From positions 5,874,626-5,938,625 of the forward strand of contig MU054220.1 in NCBI GenBank assembly GCA_013239625.1: a stretch of 64,000 nucleotides of DNA, read 5' to 3'. A program made the translations under genes and the position numbers. Under the pieces are notes generated by a model. It ran no database searches. It was not told where the DNA came from and worked only from the letters and a program-made list of their open reading frames with translations. Source of the stretch: Lama guanicoe. Taxonomy: Eukaryota. Positions 26,681 to 39,842 of the stretch are shown in pieces; within the stretch, counting starts at the first letter, position 1; each line of letters begins with the position of its first letter.

Positions 26681-26934
26681 TGTTTAATTTTGGGGGAAAA
26701 AAATCCAGAAGGCTAGTAGTATTTTTCTGTGTCTTAACAAAACAACAGATGAAGTTACCAGAGTTTATAGCAGAATCTGGACTTGAACTCATCAGTCTGT
26801 CGCTGAAGCCCTTTCCTCCACCCCGCCTTTCCTTCCTATGTGTTCACCTCTGCAAGGCGAGCACTGCGCTCAGAGGGGCTGGTCGTCTTCCAGCTCTGCC
26901 TGATGCCACCCTTGTTCCTAACTCCGTGGCCTTG

Positions 26935-27443
26935 AATTCATTTCCCATTCCTACTACTCTGGCAAAATACCACAAACGTAGTGACTTGAAACAACTCAAA
27001 TTTATTATCTGACTATTCTAGAGGTCTTAAATTCCAGCTCAGTCTCACTGGGCTAAAGCAAAGCTGTCAGCAGGGCTGGCTCCCTCCAAGGCTGTGGGGG
27101 ACAATGTGTTTCCTGGCCTTGGCTGGCTTCCAGAGGCCGTGTGCCTTCTTTGACTTGTGGCCCTTTGCTCCACCTTCCAAGCCGGTAGCACAATGTTATC
27201 ACATCTTCTTCACTGACTGCTTCTGTCTTTACATCACCTCCTCTGACTCTGACTCTCCTGCCTCCCTTTTCTACGGAGGCTTGTGATTGCGTTGAGGTCA
27301 CCCAGGTAATCCAGGGTAATCTTCCCAGTGCAAGATCCTTAATTGAATCACACCTACAAAGTCTCTTTTGCCATGTAAGGTAGCATTATAGGATCTGGGG
27401 ATTTAAACGTGGACATCTTTCCGGAGCCATTAGTCAGCTATAG
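26935..27443 (-). mobile_element. MaLR solo LTR, MLT1C-like
   Basis: AAATACCACAAACGTAGTGACTTGAAACAACTCAAATTTATTATCT...AGTCTCACTGGGCTAAAG...CACCCAGGTAATCCAGGGTAATCTTCCC...AAAGTCTCTTTTGCCATGTAAGGTA...GTGGACATCTTT. Confidence 0.9.
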
Positions 27444-28327
27444 AGAGTTGTATGTGATCTCATCTGGAATATCTTTGCTTTTTCCTTGGTTCTTTCCCTT
27501 CAATTTATCTAAAGCATCATCTCCCCGCTCCTGGGATTGTATTAATAATATATCCATTATCTAATAAAGACAAAGAACCATAGTCCCGATGTTTTTCATG
27601 GCAGTATTGTTTATGCTTGACAAGTCTGGGTAGCCACATCAGTATCATTTAATTAGAGACTCTGTAGTTCTTGAGGTGATATGAAAGTAATTATGGAAGA
27701 TGAAGACTGGCCTGTATTTTAAGTAAAAGAAGGAGAATACAAAATAGTGCCAGCCTTGTAATATTCATGCATTTGAATAAGTCTAGAAGAAAATACAGAA
27801 ATGTGAATTTACTTTACAAGTAATTATGAGCACGTTTATTTAACTTTCTGCAGTATTGTTATCTTATTTTCAGATTCCTACTTCCTCCATGTTGAGTTCC
27901 ATCAGCTTCCTAAATTCAAACATCAGTCTTCTCTAAATTCTGCTTTAAAAAGTGTATCCAAAAGTCTAGCTCACTTACAGTATCACATGCAGGATTCATT
28001 CCTACCCAACTCAATTGTATGTTTTGGATTCCCAACCCACTTAGCATATAACTGAACATTCAATAAAAGGTCTATAAATTATATCGAATTCAAATCTTGT
28101 GGAATGTGTACTATGCATGTCACCAGGTGTCCTCCTTTGCTGGGGCTAGAACAATTTATGTCTGTCTCTCTGTGGGAATTACTGAGTGCCTCTTTCACTC
28201 ACAAAGATATCCTGATTTGAACGATAAGATAAATTGCTCTGCTAAATATGTATCAAGTTGGTCTTGGTAATAACAGTAAGCCATGGTTCCTAATCTCAAC
28301 AAAAGAGCACTAGAAAGTTTGAGTCAG

Positions 28328-28965
28328 TGTAGCAGGCAGAATGGCTCCCCTACCCCCAAGCGCCCACATCTTAATCCTGTGAGCCTGTGAATATGTCACA
28401 CCACATGGCACAGAGGAATTAAGGTTGCCAATGGGATTAGATTGCTAATCAATTGACCTTAAAATGAGAGATTACCCTGGATAATATGGGTGTGCTCAGT
28501 GTAATCACAAGGGTCCTCAAATGGGGAAGAAAGTTAGAAAAGAATAAGAGGGAGAGACAACTATGGAAGAGACACAGAGAGATGCAACATTGCTTGCTTG
28601 GAGATGACGGAAGGGCACTGAGAGCCGAGGACCACAGGTGGCCTCCAGAAGCTGGAGGAGGTGAGACAGCAGATTCTCCCTGGAGGAGAAACAGCTCTGC
28701 CAACACAGTGCTTTTAGTCCAGTGACACCCATGGTGGACTTCTGACCTCTAGAACTGCAAGACAACACATTTGTCCTGTTTTGGTTTTTGTTTTTTGTGT
28801 TTTTTTAGATAATTACATTTATTTATTTTTTATATTTATTATTGGAGGAGGTACCGGGGATTGAACCCAGGACCTCATGCTTGCTAAGCTTGTGCTCTAC
28901 TGCTTGAGCTATACCCTTCCCCCATTTGTCCTGTTTTAAGCCACAAAATTTGCCATCACTTGTAG
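28328..28965 (+). mobile_element. MaLR solo LTR, MLT1D-like, interrupted by a SINE
   Basis: TGTAGCAGGCAGAATGGCTCCCC start; GAGAGATTACCCTGGATAAT...GTAATCACAAGGGTCCT; GGACTTCTGACCTCTAGAACTG; resumes after the SINE with TGTTTTAAGCCAC. Confidence 0.9.
28783..28922 (-). mobile_element. Camelid tRNA-derived SINE (Vic-1 type) with perfect 15-bp TSD
   Basis: Minus strand reads GGGGAAGGGTATAGCTCAAGCAGTAGAGC...GAGGTCCTGGGTTCAATCCCCGGTACCTCC plus an A-rich tail. TSD CATTTGTCCTGTTTT at 28768-28782 and 28923-28937. Confidence 0.92.
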
Positions 28966-29639
28966 AGCCTTTTTTTGGATGATAACAATAACAAATAATG
29001 ACAGGATAGAATGTTCAAGTAGGAAAGCTTTAATTGCTGAATAATTAAGAACTGATAAAGGGAAAGTAAGGACTACACCTATTTAACCAAGGCAAGCCAA
29101 TCTGCAAGAGTCCTCGGAGACATCTGATGATTCCAGAAAGAACCAGCCTAGTCCAAGGGCTGCTTTGACTCAGTACAGCCATTTCTCTGACTAGAAATGG
29201 CACCATGTTTCGTTCACGTCCCAGGGGAGTAAGAGCGATTATAAAGGATTCTAGGCGAGCGGTGTCATACGTGCTGTGTGTCTGATCAGAGCACTTACTC
29301 GGGTATGGCTGCAGCTGGAGATAAACGCTGAAATGACTGCTCCTTGTGGGAAGAGGAGCCGCAGTGGAGGAAGCAACTTCCACTCACCGAGCAGGCTTTT
29401 CATCTTGCCCCTTTCCCAGATACACGGACAGTCTCCTCTTTGAGTGAGGGGATCTGGACTCTGATCTCCATCCTACAAGATAGGTCGCCCACTTTCTCAG
29501 TGAACTCGATCAGTAGTCAAAAGAAACGAGTGCTTCAAATAAGAAAAAGAAAGAAACTGATATTCGTAAGATCTTGTGCTGGGTCCTTTATAGACTCTCT
29601 CTCAGTCAACACACACGACACCCTGAGGCATAGATTTTT

Positions 29640-30235
29640 ATATTAGGACTCTCTCTGTTGCAAGTGACGGTGCCATAGCATAAGCTCTGTTAGGCATATT
29701 TGGAACTGAGGATTTCATGCAGCTGAGAATTCTAGTAGTGTTAGAGACATTAAGAAACGTGAGTTTTGGGGGCAATAGTAGCTCAGTGGTAGAGTGCATG
29801 CTTAGCACGCACAAGGAGCACAAGGTCCTGGGTTCTATCCCCAGTTCTTCCATTAAAGAAGAAAAAAACCAATATGAGTCTTGAATGCTTTCCTTTCTGC
29901 CTCTCTCTACCTCTCTTTCCCCTCTCTTTCTCTGTATGAGGTAGCATTTTTCCATGCACTGCAGTGTGGAATTGGCAACTCGGGCTTCTAGGCTTAAGAA
30001 GCTCGAAGGATGCTGGTTGGCCTGGCTTGGGTCATGTGAGCATCCGTGGACCCATCTTTGTGACTAAGGACATGGATACTAAGATTGGTGAAATCTACAT
30101 CACCTGAGCAATCCTATAACAAAGGCCGAGGGGAAGGCTGGAATGGACAGGCCCGTGGAGAGCATGTTAAGTGGGGGAGGGGCAGTTTCCCAAAGAAAAC
30201 AATGCTCTGCTAAACAGAAGAGAGAGGAAGACTGC
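29640..30235 (-). mobile_element. MaLR LTR, MLT1K/L-like, interrupted by a SINE
   Basis: TTAGGACTCTCTCTGTTGCAAGTGAC start, TTGGCCTGGCTTGGGTCATGTG, GGGGAGGGGCAGTTTCCCAAAGAAAA. Confidence 0.65.
29768..29870 (+). mobile_element. Camelid tRNA-derived SINE (Vic-1 type)
   Basis: A box TAGCTCAGTGGTAGAG, GCATGCTTAGCA, B-box-like GGTTCTATCCC, A-rich tail. Confidence 0.9.
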
Positions 30236-30989
30236 TGAACGAGCTGATGTGCAGAAATGTTAGTTAGAGTATAATTTCCCCATGTAGAAATGAGTAAATG
30301 ACGTATGCAAGAGGTTTAATTGTGCTTTTAACAGTCACACAGCTAATACACACGTGACAGGTGGGAATCCGAGCCCAGTTCAATCTGATGCTAAAGCCTG
30401 TCCTCCTCCCACTTTGGGCCCTGGGCCACTGCAGTGCTCACAGACCCTGGAAAGGAATAGCTTTTCTTCAACATTAGAATTGATACATTTAATTTATAAC
30501 AGAACTAAAAATTGCACTATCAAGTTGTAGAAATGATTATTTGGGGACTATAAAATGTCTGTTTCCTGGGAAATTGTTTAGCAAGGAGCATGGCTTTCAT
30601 TGTCTCTTAAAATATTTTAAAAGGGACATCACAATCTTTTAAGGCCATTAGAGGAGTCTTTTAGTGGTTTAAAATGGTTTTTCACATGGTTTAAAAATTT
30701 TTTTTTCTCACCTTGGTAGCTCATCATCAAAGAAATACTGTAAGTGTTCAAATGGGGTAAGAAAAATCTTTCATTCCTACACAGTGCTAACAGGATTTCA
30801 AATTGGTCCACCTTTTTGGCATGGAGAAATTTAGCCAGAGGACTCAAAATTCTAAGAAAAAAAAAATTACAATCAGACTAGCACATAGTTTTGTTTCACG
30901 GATTCTTCAATGTGGTAGAGATAGTGGGACGCATAGAAAACGTTCCAAACATCAAGTTATAGGGGACTGGCTCAATAAATTATGACAAT

Positions 30990-31275
30990 GATAGTACCTA
31001 ATATTTGTTGAACTCAAGCAATGTGCTAAATATTATGCATACTATTCAAGGCAGTTTTTAAATCTCATTTCATTCTTGCAATCAACAACCTACAAATTAG
31101 ATATTACTATTATCTCCATTGTCTTCCTGCTGAGCAAAACAAACAAACAAACAAAACCTATGATTTGGAGAAAGTAAGCTGAATGTCAAGAATACTTATC
31201 TCCTAATTAGCAGAGCCTGGACTCATATCCAGGTTTATCTGACTCTCAAACTCATGCTCTTAACCACTATGCAAT
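30990..31275 (-). mobile_element. MIR SINE with (AAAC)n insert
   Basis: ATATTACTATTATCTCCATT...GCAGAGCCTGGACTCATATCCAGGTTTATCTGACTCTCAAACTCATGCTCTTAACCACTATGC. Confidence 0.8.
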
Positions 31276-34200
31276 GTTCTTATGTATCTATTCAATGGAA
31301 GAATATTCTGTGATTTCAAAAAAAGAAAAAAATATAGATCCATGTAAACATCAAAAAGTATTTGTGAAAATTATGAGGTTAAAAAATGCAGGTGCTAAGA
31401 GTGCATATTAGAACCTTTGTTTTATTTTTTAATTAATGTTTACTGATAATAAATTTATATTCATGAATTCATTAGGCATTATTATTTTTATGTAATGAAT
31501 ACAGGCCATTTTTACATTCCTGATTTGATTTTTCTGTAGTGAAGGAATTATTTACCATAAGCATGAAATACTTTTTTTTTTTTAATTATAAGAGTAAATC
31601 AATGATTTCCATTTTGGAAAAGAAAGGACAAAAGTGTCTTGTCCATCGTTTCTCAACTCATTCTGTCTACCTTGATGATTCATTTTATAAGATACTCTAG
31701 TCATTGGGATTTAGGGGCTTTGCTCTTTGTGCCCAAAACTTCCCAACAGGAAAGATTTGATATGTAGAGTAGGCACCTAGTTAACAGGATAACAAAATAG
31801 AATTCCTATAGTGGAGGACTCCAGCTTATAACTGAATCTTAATGCTGGGGAAACATCAGCAAGAGCTAAAAATAATTTTTCAAAAATGAGCTAATCAAAC
31901 ATTTTTCAACCTCCAGAAAGATTCTGGCAAATTATTAGCCTTCCTGCTTAATCCCCTGCTGAATTCATATCTTGCTAATCCTGTGCTGTTCCATGAATGA
32001 TTGCAAAGCTCTGACTCACTAATGCTCCAATATAAAAAACAATTATTATGATTATTTCTTTGAACAAGAGTACTTTTGAAAAATTGCAAAATATCCCTCT
32101 GTATTTTAAAAATGGAGGAAAAACTGTAAAATGAAAATTATTCAAAAATCATAAAACAGTTTTAATTGGATCATTTATTAAATTCTGAGACAAGTTTGAA
32201 GAAGCTTCTGTCTTTTCTGTTTCTGAAATTATAAAGGGAAGTTCTGAGTTGTTTCTGGCCTCCTTCTTCTAACTGTTAGGAAGACCAAACACATCCAAAG
32301 TCAACACCTTCCACGGACAGACAACTAATGGATGGGAAACATGTTTTTTTCATGATATAAGAAAGCTTTCAAACAAGATGTCCAGATGAAGTATGGGTTT
32401 TGGATTTTACAGTGACATTCCACAACAGTCATCCTCTCTGACTTCAGTCCATTTTTCTCCCTCCTGATATTGCAAGTCCGCGGGGATTCTTGCCCCAAAT
32501 CTTTGAATAACAAAGTAGCTTTTAAAATGCTCTTGAAGTTTTTGGCCTAGTTGTTAAATCTGCTGCCATCATTTGGTGACAAGTGAAGAGAAGAGCAAGG
32601 GCATTCATAGCTCTCAAAGCTCAGCTCCTAATTATATTCATAAAGGGGCTGAAAACCCCCCTCTGTTTTTTCTTTAACATCCATGCAGTTCCCAATACCA
32701 GTGTGCATAATACATGCCTTTTCTTTTACAAAAATATAAGTGCTCCACCCCTAAGCAACAGAATGAATCATATTTTACTTTGAGATGCGTGATCAACTTT
32801 GAGATATGTTGATGTAAGAAAAGGAACGTACAATAGACTGAGCTGACAACTTCTGATAAGATGGAAGTAATGACAGAGGGTAAGGTCAATAGATTACAGC
32901 TTTCAAACCTGAAGGGTCTGCAACCACTCCCTCTGCTTTGTGATTTCCTGTCCACCAAAGTTCCTCTCAACTCTTGACTTTCCTACCATAGACATTTCTT
33001 TGCTATCTAGACATTTCCTGACCTCATATACGCAGCACTGGGAAAATAGTTCCGTTGCATCGAGGTGTTTGTAATAGAGCAAGAGCATAATCAAATCACT
33101 GAAAATCGACTCTGAAAGGAACTTTGGTGCTTACCCCCTATTTTAGAGATGTCAAAACCTGTAAATGTAACTATTTCTCCCAATCTTTGATAAATTCAGG
33201 ACTAAAACCAGTATCTCCTGATCTTCAGCCTTACCACCCTCTTTTCGTTTCCTCCTTGTCCTGCTGATACACAACATGCTAATAGTCATTATAGTGAAAC
33301 ATGTTATAATCAGCTTATCAATTTGGAAATCCTAACTGCATACAACTGGCACACTGATCACTTTATTACATCTGCAAATGTACACACAATGTACACTTCT
33401 TAAATGACCAGACTGAAAGGAGAAATCTCCCATGTTTTCATATCTCGACTCCTGAATATGGCATTGAAATTGCACACTTATTCCAGAATTTTCCAGCATG
33501 TAGAAGGAAGGAGTTTTCCTTGTGTATGTAGTGGAAACCAGAATGTGAAAAGAAAGCAAGTGAGGGGAGGCAGGGATCTACATGGGCATTTTAGACTAGA
33601 CGAAAGGATAGATGTCCAAGACCATGAACTCTGGGGACATTTCGTTGGTTCATCAGGTCACTTTTCACTGAGCTATTTCCACTCCCAGCCCCACTTGGAT
33701 TAGAATCACAAGTTATCATCATTAGGAATAATAAGCTCTTTGATCTTGTATCATCATATATCATGAAAATAGATAAAGAAGGAAATTTTATGAATGGACA
33801 ATCCAAGGGAGAAATAAAACTTTATTTCTAGAATATAAGTTCTTTACTGTTATCAGTTGCAATACAAAAACCTATGAAACAAAGATCTTAAAATATTTAT
33901 GAATCATATGGACCTACTAACAGATAAGCATTTCATCTGGCCATTTTAATAGTCAGTGGAAAATATACTGTGAAAAGTTTGATTCATACAGCAAAATGAT
34001 AGCCCCGGGAGAGGACTATGAATAAGTCCACTGTCTTTAAACCTGCTAACCTTTCTATATATAAAAGATTGCAGAGTATACGTTTCTATTATACCCATAT
34101 AATTCTACATGTCAGAGACTCTCTTTTTTCTCTTATTAGTCTTAATAGAAATTTTGAAATCAAGAAATCTAGAATAAATTATGGATTACTGGCCTGTGTG

Positions 34201-35569
34201 TCTATAAGGAAAGAAACCTCTTTTTGAAAAGCCCTTCATAAATAAATTCAGTATTAGTTAGATCATAATGGAATGTTTAATAAACCATTATACATTTAAC
34301 TGATGATTTTACAGACATTAAAAATCATATTTTTGAAGTATTTTAAAGAACATAACCAAAAGCAACATACAAAAACTATCTGATTATAATTTTATTAATG
34401 ATAAACAAATATTTATATTTTGTAGAAAGAGAGCTTTTATAAAAACTCCAAAACAGTAATGTTATGATTGTCTGTATGATTATGAATAAGTTTCACTTTT
34501 TCTTTCTTTCTTTCTATATGTATATACATATATATAAATTATTTTTTTTCTGCAATAAAAAGACTTTACTGTTAAGGGAAAAAATGAATGCCATTTTTAA
34601 AAAGGTCCTATAGAGAAATTTTTTTCTTTTTCTTTATCTAATGCATTGCTAAAAGCATTTCCATATCAGTTCCATCCACTCTATCTTGCAAAACAGGGAG
34701 GAAAATGCCTCTGTAATAAATGAAGACAGCAAACAACGAAATGTGGCCAAATCCATAAATCCCTTTGCTTAGCAAGGCAATTTTTGCGGCTGCAACAGTT
34801 GGAATCAATTACTGTAGACTTTCATATTGTAATGTCGGCCGAGTCTCAACTCCAGGAGCTGGAGCTTGGGAAGAAGTCACTTGCACTGAGCAGAGGGGCT
34901 CAGAAGAAAAGACCAGTCTGATCAGAAATGACTTCATTTCACGAATCATTGTGCTCTTTACCCTGTGCTTGAAGATAAGCAGTTCAGGTGGGGTCATGAT
35001 ATAGCGGTCTCTTAAGACGCTGCCGTCAATGTCTAATTAGCGTGGCTCTCAAAAGCCTCAGCTCAGCTCATTCTTTCCTCACTGGGCTTACAGGAAAGGA
35101 AGGTGTGCTTTTCTCTGCTGTCAGCATTGTTAGTTACTCCAGTCCTGTGCTATATATACCCTGTTACAAAAGGGAGTTTATTTTTGGCTCAGAAAACTCA
35201 ATGAGTAGGAATTTGGCCAAGATAATATCTCTGAGTCAACAATAGAACAACCTTCTAATGCTCAGGATCTACAGACAGACCATCTCTGATGTTTTACTTT
35301 TGCAAAACTTTATTTGCATTGCTTTTGCAAAGCAGTGTACACAGCTTGTCATCGAGGTCTTAAAATTCTTTCATTGCAGGAGTCATCAGGTTATTTGAAT
35401 TCCGAGAAATGTTGCTTCTAGTAATAAGTGCCTTTCTTTGGTCCTGGGGAAACAATTAGGCATACAACGCCTACAAAGAACTGCTCATAATGAGCCAACC
35501 CAGGTAAGTGACTAAGACAGCAGTGTAGAGGTCCCTTCTAACCTACAGACGCTTACACCTCAATGGCCC

Positions 35570-36300
35570 ACTAGAAGCCTCCACCTGAATGCCTCATACG
35601 CCAAGTCAAATTAACATGCTAAACACTGAACTCTTTCTTTTTTCTCATTTTATTGTGGTAAGAACACTTAACATGAGATCTGCCCTCTTAACAAATTTGT
35701 AAGCACACAATGCAGTAGTGTTAACTGTAGGCACGGTGCTGTACAGCAGATTTCTGAAACTTTCTCATCTTGCATAACTGAAACTTTATGCCCATTGGTT
35801 AGCAACTGCCCATTGAACTCTCGATCCCCTATTCTGGCATTTTACCTATTTCAGTGAAGGTTCTTTATTATCACTTAAGCAAGTGACTTGAAATTCCTGA
35901 CAACTTCCCTTTTGTAAGCACCTACATCTCATTTATCAGCAAGACATTCTGATTCTACCTCTAAGATAGGTGTAATGGCTGGCCCCTTTCCTCCAACTCC
36001 GTCTTCTTGGTTCATGTCACCATGGTAGCCTCTTTAACTATATTGTTGGACATGCATTCTTCCTCCACTCTGATCATTCCCCATACAGCAGCCAAAGGGC
36101 TTATTATAAATCATGGTACAGCTTCAACCGTTGGCCACAACCATCAATGTCTCCTCATTGCATGTAGATTAAGACCCAGATTCTTTACTGTATGGCCCAT
36201 TGTGTCTTGATCTTTACCTGCTTCCCCCATTTAAAACTCTTCCATTGCCACACTCCAGTCATCTTCAAACACAGCAGTGTTTTTTCCAGCATTAAGGCTC
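35570..36300 (+). mobile_element. LINE-2 remnant (interrupted by an L1 fragment)
   Basis: CT-rich L2-like blocks: TCCACCTGAATGCCTCA...AAATTAACATGCTAAACACTGAACTC, ATCAGCAAGACATTCTGATTCTACCTCT, CCATACAGCAGCCAAAGG. Confidence 0.65.
35635..35813 (-). mobile_element. LINE-1 3' end (L1MA8/9-like), severely 5'-truncated, with TSD
   Basis: TTGTGGTAAGAACACTTAACATGAGATCTGCCCTCTTAACAAATTT...TGTACAGCAGATTTCTGAAACTT...CATCTTGCATAACTGAAACTTTAT. TGAACTCT is repeated at 35627-35634 and 35814-35821. Confidence 0.85.
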
Positions 36301-37312
36301 TTCTCTTTGTGAGTCTATGCCACTAAGGTTTTCCTGGCTTAGCATTTTCCTGCCCTTGAAATCACAGCCAAAACATCACTTTCTAGACACAGCCTCCACC
36401 GAGTAAGTGAATACTTCTCCAAGGGCAAACTTGGCATGGAGCTGTGGAGGAGCCTCCTTATAGACTTGACAGACTTGGAACCTCTCTTGAGTTCCTACCT
36501 TAGCTAACCCAGTTCCCAGCACTCCCACACCAGTGGTATGGCTTGGAGAAGTTCTTGGACTAATTACCCTTCCAGGATAGTTCAAATGTGACTCCTCTTG
36601 GTGTTAGTAATAATTTATGACTCTTATTGTGCCACAAGTCAAACTCAGTGGCTCAAGAAAAGTACAAACTTTGTATACAAAGCATGGGTTACTTTATAGG
36701 GTCCTTATTTTTTCAAAAGTGGGGCGGAGTGTTGTCTTAATGGCTCAGTTATACTACGTTGAAGCATAGGAATAAATCCAGATTGTGCTTTAGCACCTGC
36801 TGAAAGCCAGGCCTCGATGCTGTCTAACATGTGATGCACTGTCATAAGTCACCCTCACGGAAGATGCTACTTGGAGTAACACAACATGCAGGGGCTCACG
36901 CAGGCAGTGCCTGTGGACGTGGACATATTTCCATAGTGTGTTTCCCTCCTGTATTATTTCACCTCCTACGCTACTTACATATTTATAGAAGCCTCTGGTG
37001 ATTCTTAATGATGTTGTTCAGTTTAGTTTCTTAATAATTTCCTTGGTTTTATGCTAACGTTCCTGCTGTTGATTGTTCTCTTATTTTAATTATGCCTCAT
37101 TCTAAGCGGCACTTCTGGGAGTGGGCTGAAGTTTTCACTGCAGTGTATTACAAATGAAAATGATTTTTAAAATCCCACGAAGTGTAAAATGCCAACCATT
37201 TGCACTTTGGCAGGGGTAGGTGGGTAGGGCCTTATCAATACTGGGAAAGTTACATTTCTTGGCTATAGGGATTGATGGCCAACTCTAGTAAGTTAGCTAA
37301 TAAAAATGATGG

Positions 37313-37557
37313 CGGCTAACATGTGTTGGACATGAACTGCAGGCAGAGACTTGGTTAGGTGCTTTACGTTGATTCTTTCATTAAATCCTCACCACAACCC
37401 TCTGAGGCCTAAGTTATTAATGTGCCCATTGGACTCACATGGAAACAGAAGCCTAGAGAATCTCAGTCTTGTGTCCAGAGACATGCATAGCCAAGCAGTG
37501 GTGAGAAAGGAGGCCTCTTCTGACTCCACAGCACATGCTTTTAACCACTCTGCTCTG
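37313..37557 (-). mobile_element. MIR SINE, near full length
   Basis: TAGGTGCTTTACGTTGATTCTTTCATTAAATCCTCACCACAACCCTCTGAGG...TCTGACTCCACAGCACATGCTTTTAACCACT. Confidence 0.8.
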
Positions 37558-37769
37558 CTTTCTTTCAAGTTAAGGGAAATATCAATCCATCATAAATGTT
37601 AGAAGAGAAAAACACACCTATCACTCCAATCTTTTTCTTGCTTATAAGCACGGGGGATTTTTTTTTAATCATTTTGTTGTTTAAGGATTAAACATTTAAG
37701 AAGAGATAGTTGCAGTGTTCAAGGCTAAAGAGAAATCAAATCATTCTTACCCAAACTTGGATAAAATAT

Positions 37770-38020
37770 TATGTTCAAAAGAACGTAACTTTGGAATCAC
37801 AGAGTCCTGATTTTGAATGCTGTATTCCTATATACAGGACACCGGGCATCTACTTAAACTCTCTGAATTTCGACTCCTGTCTCTGTAGGTGGAATTAATA
37901 ACAATAGTTAGATAAATAGGTGATAGATGGGTACATAGATAGAGATTGTAAGCACCAGATGCAGTAATACATAGACAATGCCTCACACAGTGTCTGTCAT
38001 GTATTTGCCTAATCATTATT
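37770..38020 (+). mobile_element. MIR SINE
   Basis: ACTTTGGAATCACAGAGTCCTGATTTTGAATGC...TACTTAAACTCTCTGAATTTCGACTCCTGTCTCTGTAG. Confidence 0.65.
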
Positions 38021-38189
38021 ATTCTCCCCTATGCTCTATTTCTGTTTCTATTCATAGAACTATAAGCAAATAATTCCTTATTTTTTCTCTTTTAGACATC
38101 ACCTAAGACCAATAAATGTCCTTGGGGCTGATCACCAATCACTTCATTGGCCCCAACAATCAACTTCAACTGTTGGTCTCCTTACTATC

Positions 38190-38590
38190 CCTTTAATATA
38201 TCAGGCACACTCCCTACCTGGGGTCTCTGCCTTGGTTATTCTTTCTGCCTGGAATGATCTTCCCTAGGCATCCACTTACCTTCCTCCTTCATCTTCAAGT
38301 CTTTGCTCAAACATCGCCTTCTCAGTGGAGGCTTTTCTGATCGTCCTGTTTAAAGTTGCACATGCATACCCCTCACTCTACCTGAGTGCCTCCTGGGCTC
38401 GATTCCCCTTAATATATTTATGTGTAGTTTCGTGTTTTGTTTATTTTATGTCTTTCCCATGCCCTGGCACTGAAACCCCATGAGCACAAGAATGTCCATC
38501 TGTTTTGTTCATTGGTTTATTCCCGGGATCTAGGACAGTATCTGGTACTGGTATAGTAGATGCTTAGTAAATATTTGTTGAATCAATGAA
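38190..38590 (+). mobile_element. LINE-2 3' end (L2a-like)
   Basis: TCTGCCTGGAATGATCTTCCC...TTCAAGTCTTTGCTCAAACATCGCCTTCTCAGTG...TAGTAGATGCTTAGTAAATATTTGTTGAATCAATGAA. Confidence 0.85.
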
Positions 38591-38954
38591 AAAATATATG
38601 AATGATTCCCAAATGAATTCTTTCAATAGAAAAATCAAAGGAAGTAAAGACAACTATAGAATGTGTTGAACTGAACACTTCAAGGGACCAGATGAAAGGC
38701 TGAAGTATGACTACAAGCAGAGGTATGTTATTAGGATAGTTTAGTATTTTGGATGGCAATAGGAAGGCAGCAGGGTAGGATTTTTTTTTTTAATTGTAAC
38801 CATGATAGATAAAATAAAATGAATTTCAAAGGAAAAAGAATTGGACATCCAGTGATGCATCTATTCTTTGAAAGCCCATAGAATTTTCTATGAATCCATG
38901 TAAAAATAATACTGTAATGACTTATGCCATTTTTCCCCATTTCTGTTTGTGTCA

Positions 38955-39225
38955 TGTATAGTGTATAACAGAGATTAAAGAACTTGAGCTCACAATGCAA
39001 GTGAAATTTAATTATACTAGATCCAAATCTGGGTGCCTCCACTTTTTTGCCTCTTAAAATTCGGACAAGTTGGCGAAGTCTACAGGTTCCTCTTCTGTAA
39101 GCAGGGATAATAGCAATCACTACCTCATAGGGTCGTTGGGAGGGATTGAAGTAGGTAACATGTGTAAGGGGTTTAAGAACAGGCATCTGACTCACAGTAT
39201 GTGCTCAACAGTTCAGATATTATAA
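38955..39225 (+). mobile_element. MIR SINE, near full length
   Basis: TTCCTCTTCTGTAAGCAGGGATAATAGCAATCACTACCTCATAGGGTCGTTGGGAGGGATTGAAG...TAACATGTGTAAGG. This explains the 154-aa ORF at 38731-39195. Confidence 0.85.
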
Positions 39226-39682
39226 ATTATATCTTTGTTTCCTCCAGTAGACTATAAGCGCCAGGAAAACAAGGACTGTAACTATTTCTTGCTCATTATT
39301 GTATCCCTAGAAGATGATTTTATATATATATATATTCATTCATTTTATAGATATGTACCTATATATGTATATAATGTTTACAGTGAATGAATATATATAT
39401 AACAATATATATTCATACATATACACATATATATAAAATGAACAAATATGTGAGATACTATGATAGGAGGTAAGCAGAGATACAAAAAGACTAAGGAATA
39501 TCAGTACTCAAGGAACTTACAATATGATAGAGTAAAGAAGAGATATGAGAAGGTAGGGCGGATGGTTTGAGGGTTCTTTAAAAATGATGTCCTAACCAGC
39601 AGTGATGAGATAACTGTAAATCTTCAAAAATCATCTAAGGATGACCTCTCACATCTGTTTACTTATAAGTTAGCATTGTGGG

Positions 39683-39842
39683 TGTAGTGGTTTTAAAACA
39701 TGTACACAAAGTCTTTGATACTTCCCACTTCCAGAAACAGAGCCTAATTCCCCTCTCCTGGATCTAGTGACTTACTCTTGGTGGATAAAGTGGAAGCAAC
39801 AGTGCACACCTACCGAGACCAGGTCATAAAAGGCACTGGGGC
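39683..39842 (+). mobile_element. MaLR LTR 5' fragment (MLT1F-like)
   Basis: TGTAGTGGTTTTAAAACATGTACACAAAGTCTTTGATACTTCCCACTTC...GAGACCAGGTCATAAAAGGCA. Confidence 0.7.

Noticed and set aside
38731..39195. Longest ORF in the track (154 aa)
   Set aside because: Its N-terminal half lies antisense in a MIR SINE; no recognisable domain and no coding-like composition.
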